A stretch of 64,000 nt of DNA, taken from positions 1 to 64,000 of the forward strand of contig CAXHJY010000562.1 of the NCBI GenBank assembly GCA_964016885.1, given 5' to 3'. This DNA is from Eledone cirrhosa. Its lineage: Eukaryota. A program made the translations under genes and the position numbers. This document shows, one piece after another, positions 25,735 to 37,163 of this stretch (its first letter is position 1; each line of letters starts with the position of its first letter). Under the pieces are notes generated by a model. The model ran no database searches, was not told the origin of the DNA, and saw only the letters and a list, made by a program, of their open reading frames with translations.

Positions 25735-26360
25735 CTATCTCTCTCTCTCCCGATTTCTCTTTCTCTCTCTCCGTATTGTTTAAATAACGACAATGACAAT
25801 GATAAACAGTTTATAAACATTACATTTAGAGCAACACGGCCTCGTTGCCTTCTTTCTGTATCGATATCACATCGATCTATGACTTGCACAGTTGTTTTAT
25901 TTATTATTTCTTTCCATCATTCATATTTTTTCCTCTTCTTTTCTCTGCATTTCTCCCTCTTTGAATGTTTCTATCTTTCTCTCGATTTGTTTGTTTCTCG
26001 CTCTGTCTTACTGTCTTTCGTCCTCTCTATCTCTCTATCGATCTGATTGTCACTATCTAATTCCCCCCTCTCTCTCGATCTGATTATGTCACTATCTCAT
26101 TCACCCCTCTCTCTCCCTCTCTCGATTTGATTATGTCACTATCTCATTCCCTCTCTCTCTTTCGATCTGATTATGTCACTATCTCATTCTTTCTCTCTGT
26201 CTAGCTGTCACTCGCTCAATCTCTCTCTCTGTCTCTCTTTCAATCTCTGTCTCTGGCTCAATCTCTCTCTCTCTCGCTCGCTCTCTCTCTTCATCGCCAT
26301 CTATCCTTTTTTGTCTGTTTTTCTCTGTCGCGGTTTGTCTCTTTCCTATCATGTGTCTCA
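25735..26360. repeat. CT-rich simple repeat containing about four degenerate copies of a cgatctgattatgtcactatctcattc unit
   Basis: Unit recurs at about 26039, 26076, 26123 and 26163. Confidence 0.8.
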
Positions 26361-26453
26361 GTATTTTCTCATACCATCAATTCAATATGTAAATAAATGC
26401 TTTACGTAAAACACAAATGCTATTTATTTATTCCTATTCTCGGAGAATCGCAC

Positions 26454-26487
<34 letters not shown>

Positions 26488-26707
26488 TTCTACTTTGCTA
26501 AATGGTGGCAGTTAGCGGATTGCTTGCTTGTTTGAGAGGAAGGTTAGTTGAGTTGTATTGAATTAATGAGTCTGGTCACATTATTGCTGTCCGGGGTAGA
26601 GGAGACTAGAAGAAATTGCCATGGGTCGAGTTTCACGTGATGTCATTTTTAGGAAGTCAGTTTAATCCAGAGCGATTTCTTTGACTCGAGTTTAGACAGA
26701 GTGTATA

Positions 26708-27400
26708 CTAATAGACCCGTGCCATTACCAATGACGGCAATAGCGTGGAACGTATTTAAATTTTGGAGTCTAGGATTGGTATGTCATATATATCAAGATT
26801 ACCGAATATATGAACAATCTTAGAAGCTCAAATTTTATTTTTGATAAATTAATGGTTTACACAAAAGAAACCCTATAGTTTACGTTGATTGCTGACACGT
26901 GGAAGTGAGTAAAGATAAAAAATGATATAATATTTCTTGGATATTATTGCATAAGTGTCCTGCATGTATATATAAATGACATCTTCTTCACCCACTTATT
27001 TCTGAGATGGTCGTGGGGGAAGAGACCTCAAACACTTCTTCCAGCGGGTCCTATCAGAAGCAATTGTCTCCAGCTGATCCGGCTGGATCCTCAAACGAGA
27101 CCAGCCAAGCTTATAGATGTTATCCAACTATCTTGTTCGGAGTCTACCCCTGCGTCTCCTGCCAGTTGGTTTTGCCCGTAAAATCTGTCCAGCGATTCTT
27201 TCCCGAGACATTCTAACCACATGTCCATAGTATCGGAGCTGTGATCTCTCAATTCGGAGAAGTATCTGCTCTATCTGGACATACAGTATTAAATGTGAGC
27301 AACTTTGAAGAAATAACTATTTACAAGAACCAGTGTAAGGTTAGAACACAGGACTGTGTAAAGCGAACTTCTTATTGTAGAAACATGACTGAGATAAAAA
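26708..27400 (-). mobile_element. Dispersed repeat copy A, possibly a non-autonomous Helitron, split by an RTE insertion
   Basis: Aligns by eye with 30188-30875 (aattaatggtttaca, cctatagttta, gttagaacacagga); both copies begin CTA(A/G)...ACCCGTGC on the + strand. Confidence 0.45.
26983..27277 (-). mobile_element. RTE (Rex3/Expander-like) 3' fragment with a possible GACAT target-site duplication
   Basis: LLRIERSQLRYYGHVVRMSRERIAGQILRAKPTGRRRRGR...DRTRWKKCLRSLPPRP; GAAGAAG tail; GACAT at 26978-26982 and 27278-27282. Confidence 0.8.
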
Positions 27401-28013
27401 AAAAAAAAAAGAAATGGATTGTGAGTGTGTGTATTATGGTTGATAATTATTTCATGCATTTTTTCGGGGTACAAGTTTGACCGCATATATCCCCCACAAG
27501 AATGTTTTCAGTCCAATTAAATATGTCACCAAAATCGATGTAACCTTTTAATTTATTTTAACATAATATATATGATAAAATAAATGTTTCACTCACAAGG
27601 TTGGCTTAACAACCATTGATAATTACATAGATATGAAAAAGAAAGATAAAAACAAAATTAAGTCATGAGAAAAAGGGGGAAAGGTAAAGAAGGGCCGATC
27701 TGGCTGTATGGGAAGTAGAGGAAAGGACTATAAATATCACAAATGAGAAGAAAAAAAGAGGGGCGGGAAGCAAGGACTTTTGGGCCACAGAAGAAAGTGA
27801 GGGAGAATGGTGAGAGGGTGATGAGCTCCGGGCCTAGCGCGGGGCTTTGTTTTTTGATGTCAAATCGTGTCAAATTAAAATTTGGTCGATAACTTGATGG
27901 TCGACAATGTTTCTAAATGTCATGATTATCAACTTGTTTATCTCAGTAAAGGTAAAACAAATGAAGTATGTAAGAGTGTGGGTGACAGTCCTCAGACGAA
28001 AGGGTTTACAATG

Positions 28014-28052
<39 letters not shown>

Positions 28053-28209
28053 CTAAACAGTTAAAATATGTGCATGTCTTAGTATTTAAGTTCATATATG
28101 TTATATATAAGGGCGGTGGAAAGATAGGAAACGGAAAACGAGGAAGAGACAGGTACATCGACAATTCCTGCTCATCAGCCGTCTTCCTGAGGATCATTAT
28201 AGTTTCCAA

Positions 28210-28390
28210 AGGGCGGTGAATTAACAGTATCGGTAGAGGGTCGGACGGTATAGAGTTACGGCCTTTTCCATTCTGAGTTCAAATCTCACCGAGGTTAACT
28301 TTGCCTTTCATCCTTATGGGGTCGATAAAATAAAATACCAGTAATGCACTGGGTAATTGCTGGCCTTGTGCCAAAAGTAGAAACAATTAA
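28210..28390 (+). mobile_element. SINE with Meta-like core, deletion subfamily
   Basis: Head ggcggtgaattaacagtatcggtag, B-box-like gagttcaaat, core and tail as at 19801. Confidence 0.85.
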
Positions 28391-28993
28391 TGTTATATAC
28401 ACCCTCATTCCTCTTTTGAGGTGTGATTTGAAAGAGATTTGATTGCTATTTCTTACTGGTCGAATGGCCACGCAGAGGCTTTTAGTTTGGTTCTGGTTTT
28501 CTCAAGGACGATTAAGTTAGCACAAAACACAGAATAATGGTCAACAAGAAATAATAATACAATTTTTATTCACAGTTGTATAAATAACATTACAAACTGT
28601 TCACAATTCTTTCAGAATGAAAATATAAACACATATAATAAATACAATTAACTATTGCTAGGAACCTTACAAATACACCGTACCAAAATATACGATCAAA
28701 GCGAGAGGAAGAATAAATAAAAGGGGAGGACAAAATCCAAAACGACTATCAATTCACCACCAAGTAAGACAATCGGCCACGCATCACAAGAGGCAACGGT
28801 CAACAAAACTTACATCGTCTAATTTTATTTATTCGTTTCAAGTATAAATTCGCTGTATATGATCACTTCGCCGGGGTTTTTGGAGGGAGGTGTGGAGGAG
28901 ACTCATGCGTAGATACAAATATATTAAGGCTTGATGCAAGCGATAATATTATTTCTCGATTCCTTTCCTCCATAAAAATCACTTTATTTAGAT

Positions 28994-29512
28994 CAGGGTT
29001 CCCCAGGTATGTACAAAAATTTATAACTGTATAAATAAATTAGGAAATAGCACATAAAAATAAATAGACAGTCAAAACTAATTTTATATAAATCAGAAAC
29101 CTGAATTTGAAAATGGTATTTTACTATATTGTTTTTGGCAGAATCTGTAGAGCGTCGGACAATATGCTTTGTGGTATATAGTTACGTCCCTTTACGTTCT
29201 GAGTTCAAATTCCGCCGAGGTTAGCTTTTCCTTTCATCCTTACAAGGTCGATAAAATAACGTACCTGTAATACACTGGAGTCAATTCAATTGACTTTCCC
29301 TCCCCCCCAAAATTGCTGGCCTTGTGCCTAAATTAAAAACCATTATCTTATGTATTTCTATTTCTTATACAAATGTCAGGTTTGGACCCAAACGTTCAAT
29401 CGACAAGTAATCCCACTTAACAAGTAATCCCACTAAACAAGTAATCACACTAAATAGGTAGGTTCGTAGGCCTTTTGAGTAGGGCCTATATCGACCACTT
29501 TAGATAACCCTC
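28994..29512. mobile_element. Decayed hAT-type MITE with a nested SINE
   Basis: Ends CAGGGTTCCCC and TAGATAACCCTC; flanks ATTTAGAT and ATTTAAAT form an 8-bp TSD with one mismatch. Confidence 0.45.
29136..29346 (+). mobile_element. Near-full-length SINE with Meta-like core
   Basis: tggcagaatctgtagagcgtcgg...gagttcaaattccgccgagg...ccctcccccccaaaattgctggccttgtgcc. Confidence 0.85.
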
Positions 29513-29811
29513 ATTTAAATGATGTAAATACATAATTTAGAACATAATTCACAGCAGCAGACGACAGCCACGTCTGGTCTCTATGTTACGGGATATAAAT
29601 ACAAAAGTTTATCCGAATTGTTGTTTGTATCTGACAGTTACTCTGGTAAAACCACAAATCAATCAACAAGCATTGATATTGAATTGCTTATCAATTTTCC
29701 TCATTTTCCACAACGAGAGTGCTGCAAATACTTCGAAATTGATTAGAACTTGACCTTGTTCTTGTGAAAACAAAGATCAGTAAGTTGAAAAGTAAGTGAG
29801 TCGTTAAAATT

Positions 29812-30125
29812 CAGCATAGCCGAATGGTTAAGGAACTCGCTTCGCAATCATTAGTTCTTAAGTTCCATCCCATTACTTGGTCTCTTGGGCAGTCGTATTT
29901 ATTATAGCTTGGAGTCTACCCATACCTTGTGAGTGAAATTCGGGCTAGCAGGAACTGTTTGGAAGCCTGTCGGATGGACTGTACCTGTAATTCTAAGAGC
30001 CTGCCTTGTTACATACGGTGTCACGCTGAATCTTCCTGAGATTTTTGTGAAGGGTACTGGTGATAGTGGAATGCTCAGCCACTTGCACGTTAATTTCACG
30101 AACAAGCGGTTCCAACTGAAGCAAC
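29812..30125 (+). mobile_element. tRNA-derived SINE, different family, decayed
   Basis: A-box-like TAGCCGAATGGTTAAG and B-box-like AGTTCCATCCC, followed by ccttgtgagtgaaatt...ggaagcctgtcg. Confidence 0.6.
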
Positions 30126-30420
30126 TAGATGTTATGTTAGATTCTAATAATCAGAACAAATAAAACATCAACATAAGTATATATTTTCTAGTGAACCCGT
30201 GCAGTCAATACTGGATATATTAATAATCATACGAACTGGCAAATTTGTATTTTGATGAATTAATGGTTTACATAAGAGAAAACCTATAGTTTATGTTGAT
30301 TATGGACGTGATTAAGGATAAAAATGATATTTTGATAATTTATTTCTAGGATATAATTACATAAATGTTTAGCATGTATGTACAAATCACATACAGGGTT
30401 AAATCTATAAGTATATTTAT

Positions 30421-30758
30421 AGATATTGTTATACTTTGGGAGGGTCATGTTGCCAATAAAAACACACCTCTGGTTTTCACTTCAATTCATTATAAGTTTC
30501 CGGTTGGTTGGTTTGTTCGATAACCAGAAGGTTCATATATTGTCTAAGCTCTTTCGTCACACATTTTGTGATCTCCTCAGTGACTAGGTTTATATTTTGT
30601 GTGTCTCTCCTTTGTTCTATTCTACACCATCTTGTTTTTGTGTGTTGTGTCCGGTTATCGAACCAACCAACCGGAAATCTATAATATATTGAACTGAAAA
30701 CCAACAGGTGTATGTGTTTTCATTGACAACATGACCCTCCCAAAGTATAACAATATCT
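30421..30758 (-). mobile_element. Non-autonomous Penelope-derived element with inverted termini of about 105 bp
   Basis: AGATATTGTTATACTTTGGGAGGGTCATGTTG...TTCGATAACC is mirrored by GGTTATCGAA...CAACATGACCCTCCCAAAGTATAACAATATCT; the same tail ends the GIY-YIG element at about 53960-54103. Confidence 0.8.
30541..30585 (-). ncRNA. Degenerate minimal type-I hammerhead ribozyme
   Basis: AGTCA-CTGAGGA-G-ATCACA-AAATG-TGTGAC-GAAA-GAGC-TT-AGACA; homologous to 53898-53942 but with mismatches in stems I and II. Confidence 0.6.
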
Positions 30759-30915
30759 GTTTCAACACACGTTTTCAGATAAGAAATCTCGCAAAACAAA
30801 TTTAAAAACGAATTATATTTATAGAAATATCTATTTACTGGGACAAATGTAGTGTTAGAACACAGGATCTTGTGATTGGAAACGTATATATACATATATA
30901 TATATACACAAACGT

Positions 30916-31040
30916 AGCACAAGGCCAGCAATTGTGGGGGAAGGGAAAGTCAATTAAATCGACTCCAGTGCGTTACTGGTACTTATTAATCCCGTAAGGA
31001 TGAAAGGCAAAGCTAACCTTGGTGGGATTTGAACTCCGAG
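30916..31040 (-). mobile_element. SINE with Meta-like core
   Basis: Reverse complement of the core and tail of 29136-29346. Confidence 0.8.
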
Positions 31041-31709
31041 ACGGTCTAGTAATAAAAGTTTACCCAACATTTAAATTCATTGTGGTTTTATTTTATTTTA
31101 TTATTTTTAAAAATCTAAATATGTATTTTTTAAAGATTTCATTAGCGTGTGGTTTCATATGTGAAATTTCTCCAGCGGTCCAAGAGTTTATCACTTATTA
31201 TTATTTTATTTTTGTATTAGTAAGGTATAGAAAACTGATGGTTAAAATTTACGAGCGCCACCTAGATGTCAAAACTTGAAAATCGTTTAAGATCCCAACG
31301 TGCTTCAAAAACAATTAATGCTTGTCTCCATACATATATGTATTGTAAGGGCCCGTAATTTCTGGTGGAGCCATAGGAAGGTGTCTGCCGTACATGAATA
31401 TGATATCAAGTAGGAATCTCCCGTTTGAATTTCGATGGGATAAGTTCATTGCTGTTAGGCGGTGGGTCAGCAGTCTTACTAAAGGGGTGACCTGATACGG
31501 TATCCTCCCTTCGAGGCAATCGGGTCACGGGGATCCGTTGTGACTGGCCGGGGAGCCTCACCCTAGCTTTTCCGACCACTAGCTTAGCGGTCCCCAGCAG
31601 CCGTATGATTCTACTCTTGAACCGATTCATTGTAGGTTTCGAACGCACTTGAATACAGCCAATGACTTTTTTTTTCCAGAGAGGAAGTAAGAAAGAGATA
31701 CAGAAAGAA

Positions 31710-31865
31710 GAATCGGCCTGCATTGGTGCTTTTTTTTTATCGCTCTTGAAAGGATGGAAGAGAAAGTTGACATTGGCGGGATTTAAACGCAAAGTGCAGA
31801 GAGCCGGAACAAACACTGCAAAGCATTTTATCCAACGCTATAACGATTCTGCCAATTCGCCGCCG
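31710..31865 (-). mobile_element. Older SINE with Meta-like core
   Basis: Reverse complement reads ggcggcgaattggcagaatcgttatagcg...aaatcccgccaatgtcaacttt...tccatcctttc. Confidence 0.7.
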
Positions 31866-31974
31866 ACGATTCTATATGGAAATTGGTCTGTAGTGGCCAT
31901 TTCCTCTCGAGCAGATGTAACTCTGTGTGCGTGTGTGAGCAAGTTTTATTCATTCTTTCTTAACATCTCCACCA

Positions 31975-32030
<56 letters not shown>

Positions 32031-32621
32031 GGAGGGAGGCAATATATATGAGAGAGAGATAATCTCTCGCACTGTTATCTGTCTGCTCCTTCCATAATAA
32101 CGATGTCGCTTTATCAATTTATTAACGCTCAATTCTTTTCCATTACACATTCAACCCGTTCATTTCAGTTGCAAGGAACGGTTTTATATCATTGCTCATC
32201 TCTCACTGCCATACTAAATGGCATTTTTTTACAGAAGTCTCAGTATGATATCTAGCCTCAATACTATAACTAGCCTTATCTCTGTCATTTATTAAGTTAC
32301 ATGGCATAAGTTATCTCTCACTTGAAGCGAGCTATCAGAGCAGTATATTATAGACGTTTTGTGTTTAATCGTGCTCTTGTTGTTTAGATACTCCACTGCA
32401 TATTGTGCTCTGGAATATCTAAAGCGTCCATTTCTTGTTGGTCTATAACACCTCCCACAGCACATTGACTGCCCATTATGTGCAATGAGAAGTATTTTCT
32501 TTTCAATTAATTCCTTGTTTCATTCTACTAAATAGTACAGTGGGACTATCCATAACTTAAAAGACCATTTGGTTTGCCCAAAGTCGGCGTTATCTCTCTC
32601 TCTCTCTATATATATATATAA

Positions 32622-32656
<35 letters not shown>

Positions 32657-32657
32657 A

Positions 32658-32692
<35 letters not shown>

Positions 32693-32700
32693 AATATAAA

Positions 32701-32900
32701 TGCGTGTGGCTGAGTGGTTAGAGAATTGGATTCACAATCTTAAGGTTGTGAGTTCGATTCCTGGACCGGGCGATAGTTATGTCCTTGAGCAAGAAACTTT
32801 ATTTCATGTTGCTCCTTATACCTGGAGTTGCGACCGATAGATAGTACTAGCAACTGGAAAGACCGATGGAAACATTGTTTCCTCGGTCCGATTTGACGAA
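32701..32900 (+). mobile_element. tRNA-headed SINE with CORE-like domain
   Basis: A box TGGCTGAGTGGT, B box GTTCGATTCC, then tgtccttgagcaagaaactttatttcatgttgctcc. Confidence 0.75.
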
Positions 32901-34239
32901 AGTCGATCGATCCTTTATATTTATATATATATACTGCTTGTTCAAGGCACATAGAAGTACTTTGTACCTCCTCGAAAACATCGAGGTAACAATGTCACAT
33001 TGTCTCTTTTGAGAAAAATCAGGAAAAATCAGACAGCGGTAGGAGTTAGAAAAATAGTTTTCTCTCTTACATTAGGTGATACGATTTCGTGTGGAACAGC
33101 ACGTTGAGCCATACAATACCTTTATTCCCCCTACCCCCCGACAGCGTATGTTCAAAACCGCGCAAGATGCGGACATCCACTGTATTTTATCATAAATAAA
33201 CTTGTTACTTTTCAGGTTTTTTACCTGAAGCTCATGTTTCTAAGTTTCGAACTTTTTGAAGTTAAGTTCAACATTCAAAAGTCCCCCCCCCCCCCGCGTC
33301 ACACACACACTTGATGTCTTTAATGTTTATCTCGAATTAAATATGTTTGAAAATAAACTTTGAAGAGCATTCTGACTTCACTTCATGTTATAACTATATT
33401 TTAGAGCGACTACAAATATCTTCTTTTGAGCACCTCCCCAAAACTATCAAAAACCTTCTCTGGGCTAACAAACGGTACACTTACTGACTATTCTCTTCAG
33501 ATAAGGGGTAAAATCAATTATCTCAGTTTCATTACGCAATTGGTACTTACGTTATCGACCCGGACTAAATGAAAAATACAGCCGGAGTAAATTCTTCTTG
33601 TAATTAAACTATGTGTTTCTGTAATTATAACATATTTTGTATTTCTGTCTTAACCTTCATCTAGATCAGAGTTTCATAAACTTTTTGAGGTCACTCTTCC
33701 CCTCTAGACACTATAATACTTCATCAATGCCCAACCGTAATGTTAATTTATTTTTATTTGAGCATTTTGTATAAGAATTACACGACTATTCGTTGTTGGT
33801 TTCTTTTCTTAGTCAAAAGATCCGACACGGCACTAAATATACTTTCATACTAAATATGACAATGGAAACGCAATTAGAAACATCCACAATGGCTCATAAT
33901 CCAGGATAAAGATTTATAATTTGATGCAACAACTGTTAGGAAGATCCACAGGTGAGAATCGAAATATCAACGTCAAACTATCAAGAAAGACGAAGTCATT
34001 GCTTTTCTACGAATGTAAATAATCCACTCGGCGGGGACGCAGATGTGTGAATGTTTGGTATGTAAAATGGGTTGGTCGAAACTAGGACTACAAATATCAC
34101 ACCTTGGTCAAAACTAGGACAAGTATCACTTATTGGGAGAAACTACTATTGTCAAATCAGAATATGGCACGCATGCACGTTCCAGAACCTTCTAAAGTCT
34201 TAACTATATATATATATATTAATAAAGTATGGGATGAGT

Positions 34240-34523
34240 TCCTAGAAAGTTCCCCTCCGAGGCACAAGTCCGGCCAAGTTGTTTGTGAAAGGCCAGCAGT
34301 TGCCCATGCGTACCGGTCTCTCTTCTCCACACCACCTATGTTGTCGAAGGAAAGGCAATGGCCGATACAACTTGGCAGCAGTGACATCACAACTCATTCC
34401 TACAGCTGAGTGAACTGGAACATGAAATAAAGTGTTTTGCTCAACGCAAAGCCCGGTCCGAGAATCGAACTCACAACCTCGTGATTGTAAGTCCGATGCT
34501 CAAACCGCTAAGCCATGCGCCTT
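34240..34523 (-). mobile_element. tRNA-headed SINE with CORE-like domain
   Basis: Reverse complement reads aaggcgcatggcttagcggttt...gagttcgattctcggaccgggc...aaacactttatttcatgttccag. Confidence 0.75.
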
Positions 34524-34664
34524 CACATATATTAATATAGAGGTCGTTTGTACACCTTCAAAGGGTCAGTGTTTCATAATACATTCATTTATTCATCTTT
34601 TTGTGTTCATTTCAATTGATACAAAAAACAACATAACAGCAACCAAAAGTTATAGTACACATTC

Positions 34665-34981
34665 TTAAATTTGCAGCACTGACTGATCAGAGTCCCCATA
34701 GTCAGAGTCCCCACAGTCACATGCTGGGATGTCTTTCATTTTCCATCGTTGGAGATGATGTTCTGCTGGTCTGGCATGTGTTGCGCGTATCCAATTAAGG
34801 GACATCCATTGTCCTCTAAGACGGCCGAAACCGGCTGGTTTAGATGTGGGGTTCTGGACGAGGTCATGGTTGGTAAATTTGGATTAATTCCGTGATCTTC
34901 GCCACTCTTCCTTCAGACCATCAGATCGTCTGCAGGTTTCCCTGGTGTACGGATGGTAATGACCTTGGCTTCTCTCCAGAT
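34665..34981 (-). mobile_element. Internally deleted Vingi/Ingi-like LINE remnant
   Basis: IWREAKVITIRTPGKPADD (RT N-terminal region) fused to ...QNPTSKPAGFGRLRGQWMSLNWIRATHAR...LQRWKMKDIPACDCG (Vingi-type C-terminal motif). Confidence 0.65.
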
Positions 34982-35109
34982 GAACTCTCCTCGTTTCAAA
35001 TTATGTTTAAACAATATGCTTCGAAGAAGATAAATGTACATCAGAGTTTCCGTTAGAGTTTTGGTATGGGGTGGCGGTCCTAAATACATATATACCGTAC
35101 ATGTGTATT

Positions 35110-35248
35110 TACGTCCCTTTATGATCTGAGTTCAAATCCCGCCGAGGTTAACTTTGCCTTTCATCCTTACGGGGTCGATAAAATAAAGTACCAGTAATAC
35201 ACTGGATAATTGCTGGCCTTGTGCCAAAAGTAGAAATAATTATTATTA
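35110..35248 (+). mobile_element. SINE, deletion subfamily
   Basis: Core plus cactggataattgctggccttgtgccaaaagtagaaataattattatta. Confidence 0.85.
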
Positions 35249-35429
35249 GCTCACGCTTTTTGATCACCAATACAAGACTAAGAAAGAAATTAAAAACCTA
35301 AGAATTCTATCATATTTAGAGTCAATAGAAAATCAGTTGAGTAAAAACCAAAGCACAAGTATATGGAAAGAAATTATTGGAGGGGCTTAAGCGCCAAAAG
35401 GCCCTTAATACCGGAAGGCTTGTACATAT

Positions 35430-36775
35430 GTCTTCATTTTAATCAAATTCAGCTCATTCCTTTGCAGCTTCAAATATAAATATGAACTATGATACATTTA
35501 AACTTCAAGTTGTCTCGCTTGAAAATATCTTTGTTTTCAAAGAATTCCAAAACTGTTTCAAAAAGTGACCCAGACAAACTTAAAAAGCGATTAAACTCTT
35601 CAGTTTTGTTCACACAACTGTCTGAATAATCTGTTGTTTGAGAATTATTTCGGACTTAATTGCAGCAACAGGGCATAGTAATGATTGAGGCAAGCTATCA
35701 TAAGTATTTTGCAAATAAATGTTGTAATGCCTTACCTATATTTTTCACCCTGGTTCTTTTAAGTATGTCGGGAATCCCCGGTGACAGCCAACCCTCGGCT
35801 GAACCCTATTATTTGGATATGTCAGTATTATTGTAAAAAGAATCTATTTTTTTTTAAACGGCTTCTCCTCTAACAAGTGTTTTCGCTCATTCAGTAAATG
35901 TTGTTAAATTTCTAGCAAATAATAGTTTCTGAATTTGGCATAAGGCCGGCAATTCTGGGGCAGGAGAAAGTCGATTAAATCGACCCCCAGTGCGTGACGG
36001 TGCTTTATTTTATCGATCCCCGTAAGGATAAAAGGCAAAGCAAACCTCGGCGGGATTTGAAAACAGAACATAAAAGGTTGTAACTCTGTCACAAAGCAAA
36101 CCTCGGCGGGATTTGAAAACGGAACATAAAAGGTTGTAACTCTGTCACAAAGCATGTTGTTCGACGCTCTACCGATACTGCCTGCCAATCTAGCAAATAG
36201 CAACACCTCTTTTATAATCTAAACGTAAGTTAACATTAAAGCTTCATTTCCTGGTAGAGTTGATTCACTCAGTGTAGTGAAAAATTGGGCAGTCTTCAAA
36301 AAATTGTACAATGATTTTTCACATTCTCGCTCATTTATTTCATCAATTCGTCGGTATATTATTGTATTAATGTTCAAAGAAATTTTATTGATTATCCCAG
36401 TCGCTGGCTTAGGCTTGTACAACAACACAGTACGTAAAATCTCACAAACAGCCTTGCCACAAGTATGTGGCTTTCTTGATTTACTAATCAGTAATGAAAT
36501 TTTGCAAGCGGCGCGTAACCCACCATTTTCTTGCATTGATGCAGATGAAAGCATACTTGACAGCACCAGCTGTTTGTAAAATGTCTATCGATGTGCTTTA
36601 AAATAAGATAAATCGTTAATTGTCTTATCAGCATGATTTTTTTTTTTTTTTTTTTAAAGTGCTGTTCTAATCTTGAAAGTTTTATAGATTCATTGGAAAA
36701 CACTTTCTAGCAAATCAAGCTCATTGATAATGACTTATTTGTAGGTGAAGGAATACATCTTAAATATTCGATGTT
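35430..36775 (-). pseudogene. Decayed hAT (Buster/Charlie-type, ZBED8/SCAND3-like) transposase split by a SINE
   Basis: Fragments FSNESIKLSRLEQHF, KISLLISKSRKPHTCG, RRIDEI, ESTLPGNEALMLTYV and LFETVLEFFENKD, with many stops and frameshifts. Confidence 0.75.
35918..36190 (-). mobile_element. SINE with a 56-bp internal tandem duplication, inserted in the transposase
   Basis: Reverse complement of the SINE consensus seen elsewhere in the window; duplicated block at 36036-36147. Confidence 0.8.
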
Positions 36776-36814
36776 TATTCTTTGGTTTTATCATGGTTTA
36801 TATCTATAAAAATG

Positions 36815-37060
36815 CAGTGTAACATCGGTTCACGAACGCCTCTCATCACGAACAAATTTTCCGAACATAAAACGTCTCGGTTCACGAACGGTGTTGTCCG
36901 CAACAACTGTTGGCAACAAACTGTGTAGTTAATTACTATGGCGATATCTGGCTCTCTTTCACACAGTCTCTCTCTCACAACATTTCGTATGGAAAAAAAA
37001 TAATTTCAGTTTATGAACATTTCTGGTTACAAACGGCCTTCGCAAACCGATGTTCCACAG
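36815..37060. mobile_element. Tigger/pogo-like MITE
   Basis: TIRs CAGTGTAACATCGGTTCACGAA and TTCGCAAACCGATGTTCCACAG followed by TA; internal tcacgaac repeats. Confidence 0.65.
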
Positions 37061-37071
37061 TATATACTGTA

Positions 37072-37163
37072 TTTTTGCCTTTCATCCTTACGGGGTCGAT
37101 AAAATAAAGTACCAGTAATGCACTGGGTAATTGCTGGCCTTGTGCCTAAAGTAGAAACAATTA
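37072..37163 (+). mobile_element. SINE 3' half, deletion subfamily
   Basis: Reads as identical, by eye, to the 3' part of 19801-19930. Confidence 0.85.

Larger units (their letters stand above)
30188..30875 (-). mobile_element. Dispersed repeat copy B, possibly a non-autonomous Helitron, split by a Penelope-derived insertion
   Basis: Similarity to 26708-27400 on both sides of the 30421-30758 insert; CTAG terminus. Confidence 0.45.

Noticed and set aside
26035-26195. CRISPR-like spaced repeats (also 38481-38544 and 29403-29453)
   Set aside because: Spacers are CT microsatellite or absent, the context is eukaryotic, and there are no cas genes.
28150-28185. Minus-strand CTGATGAG hammerhead core
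   Set aside because: The following sequence lacks GAAA and a convincing stem II.
31480-31605. HDV-like or twister ribozyme
   Set aside because: GGC-TCCCCG-GCC resembles P3/L3 on the - strand, but no P1 partner or J4/2 C-x-A motif was found; twister pseudoknot partners are absent.
32701-32775. tRNA gene (also considered at 37619 and 34450-34523)
   Set aside because: A and B boxes are present but there is no intact cloverleaf, and the sequence continues into a SINE body.
36219-36566. Domesticated ZBED8/SCAND3-like gene
   Set aside because: Multiple stops, frameshifts, loss of the LDES motif and a SINE insertion indicate a dead transposon.
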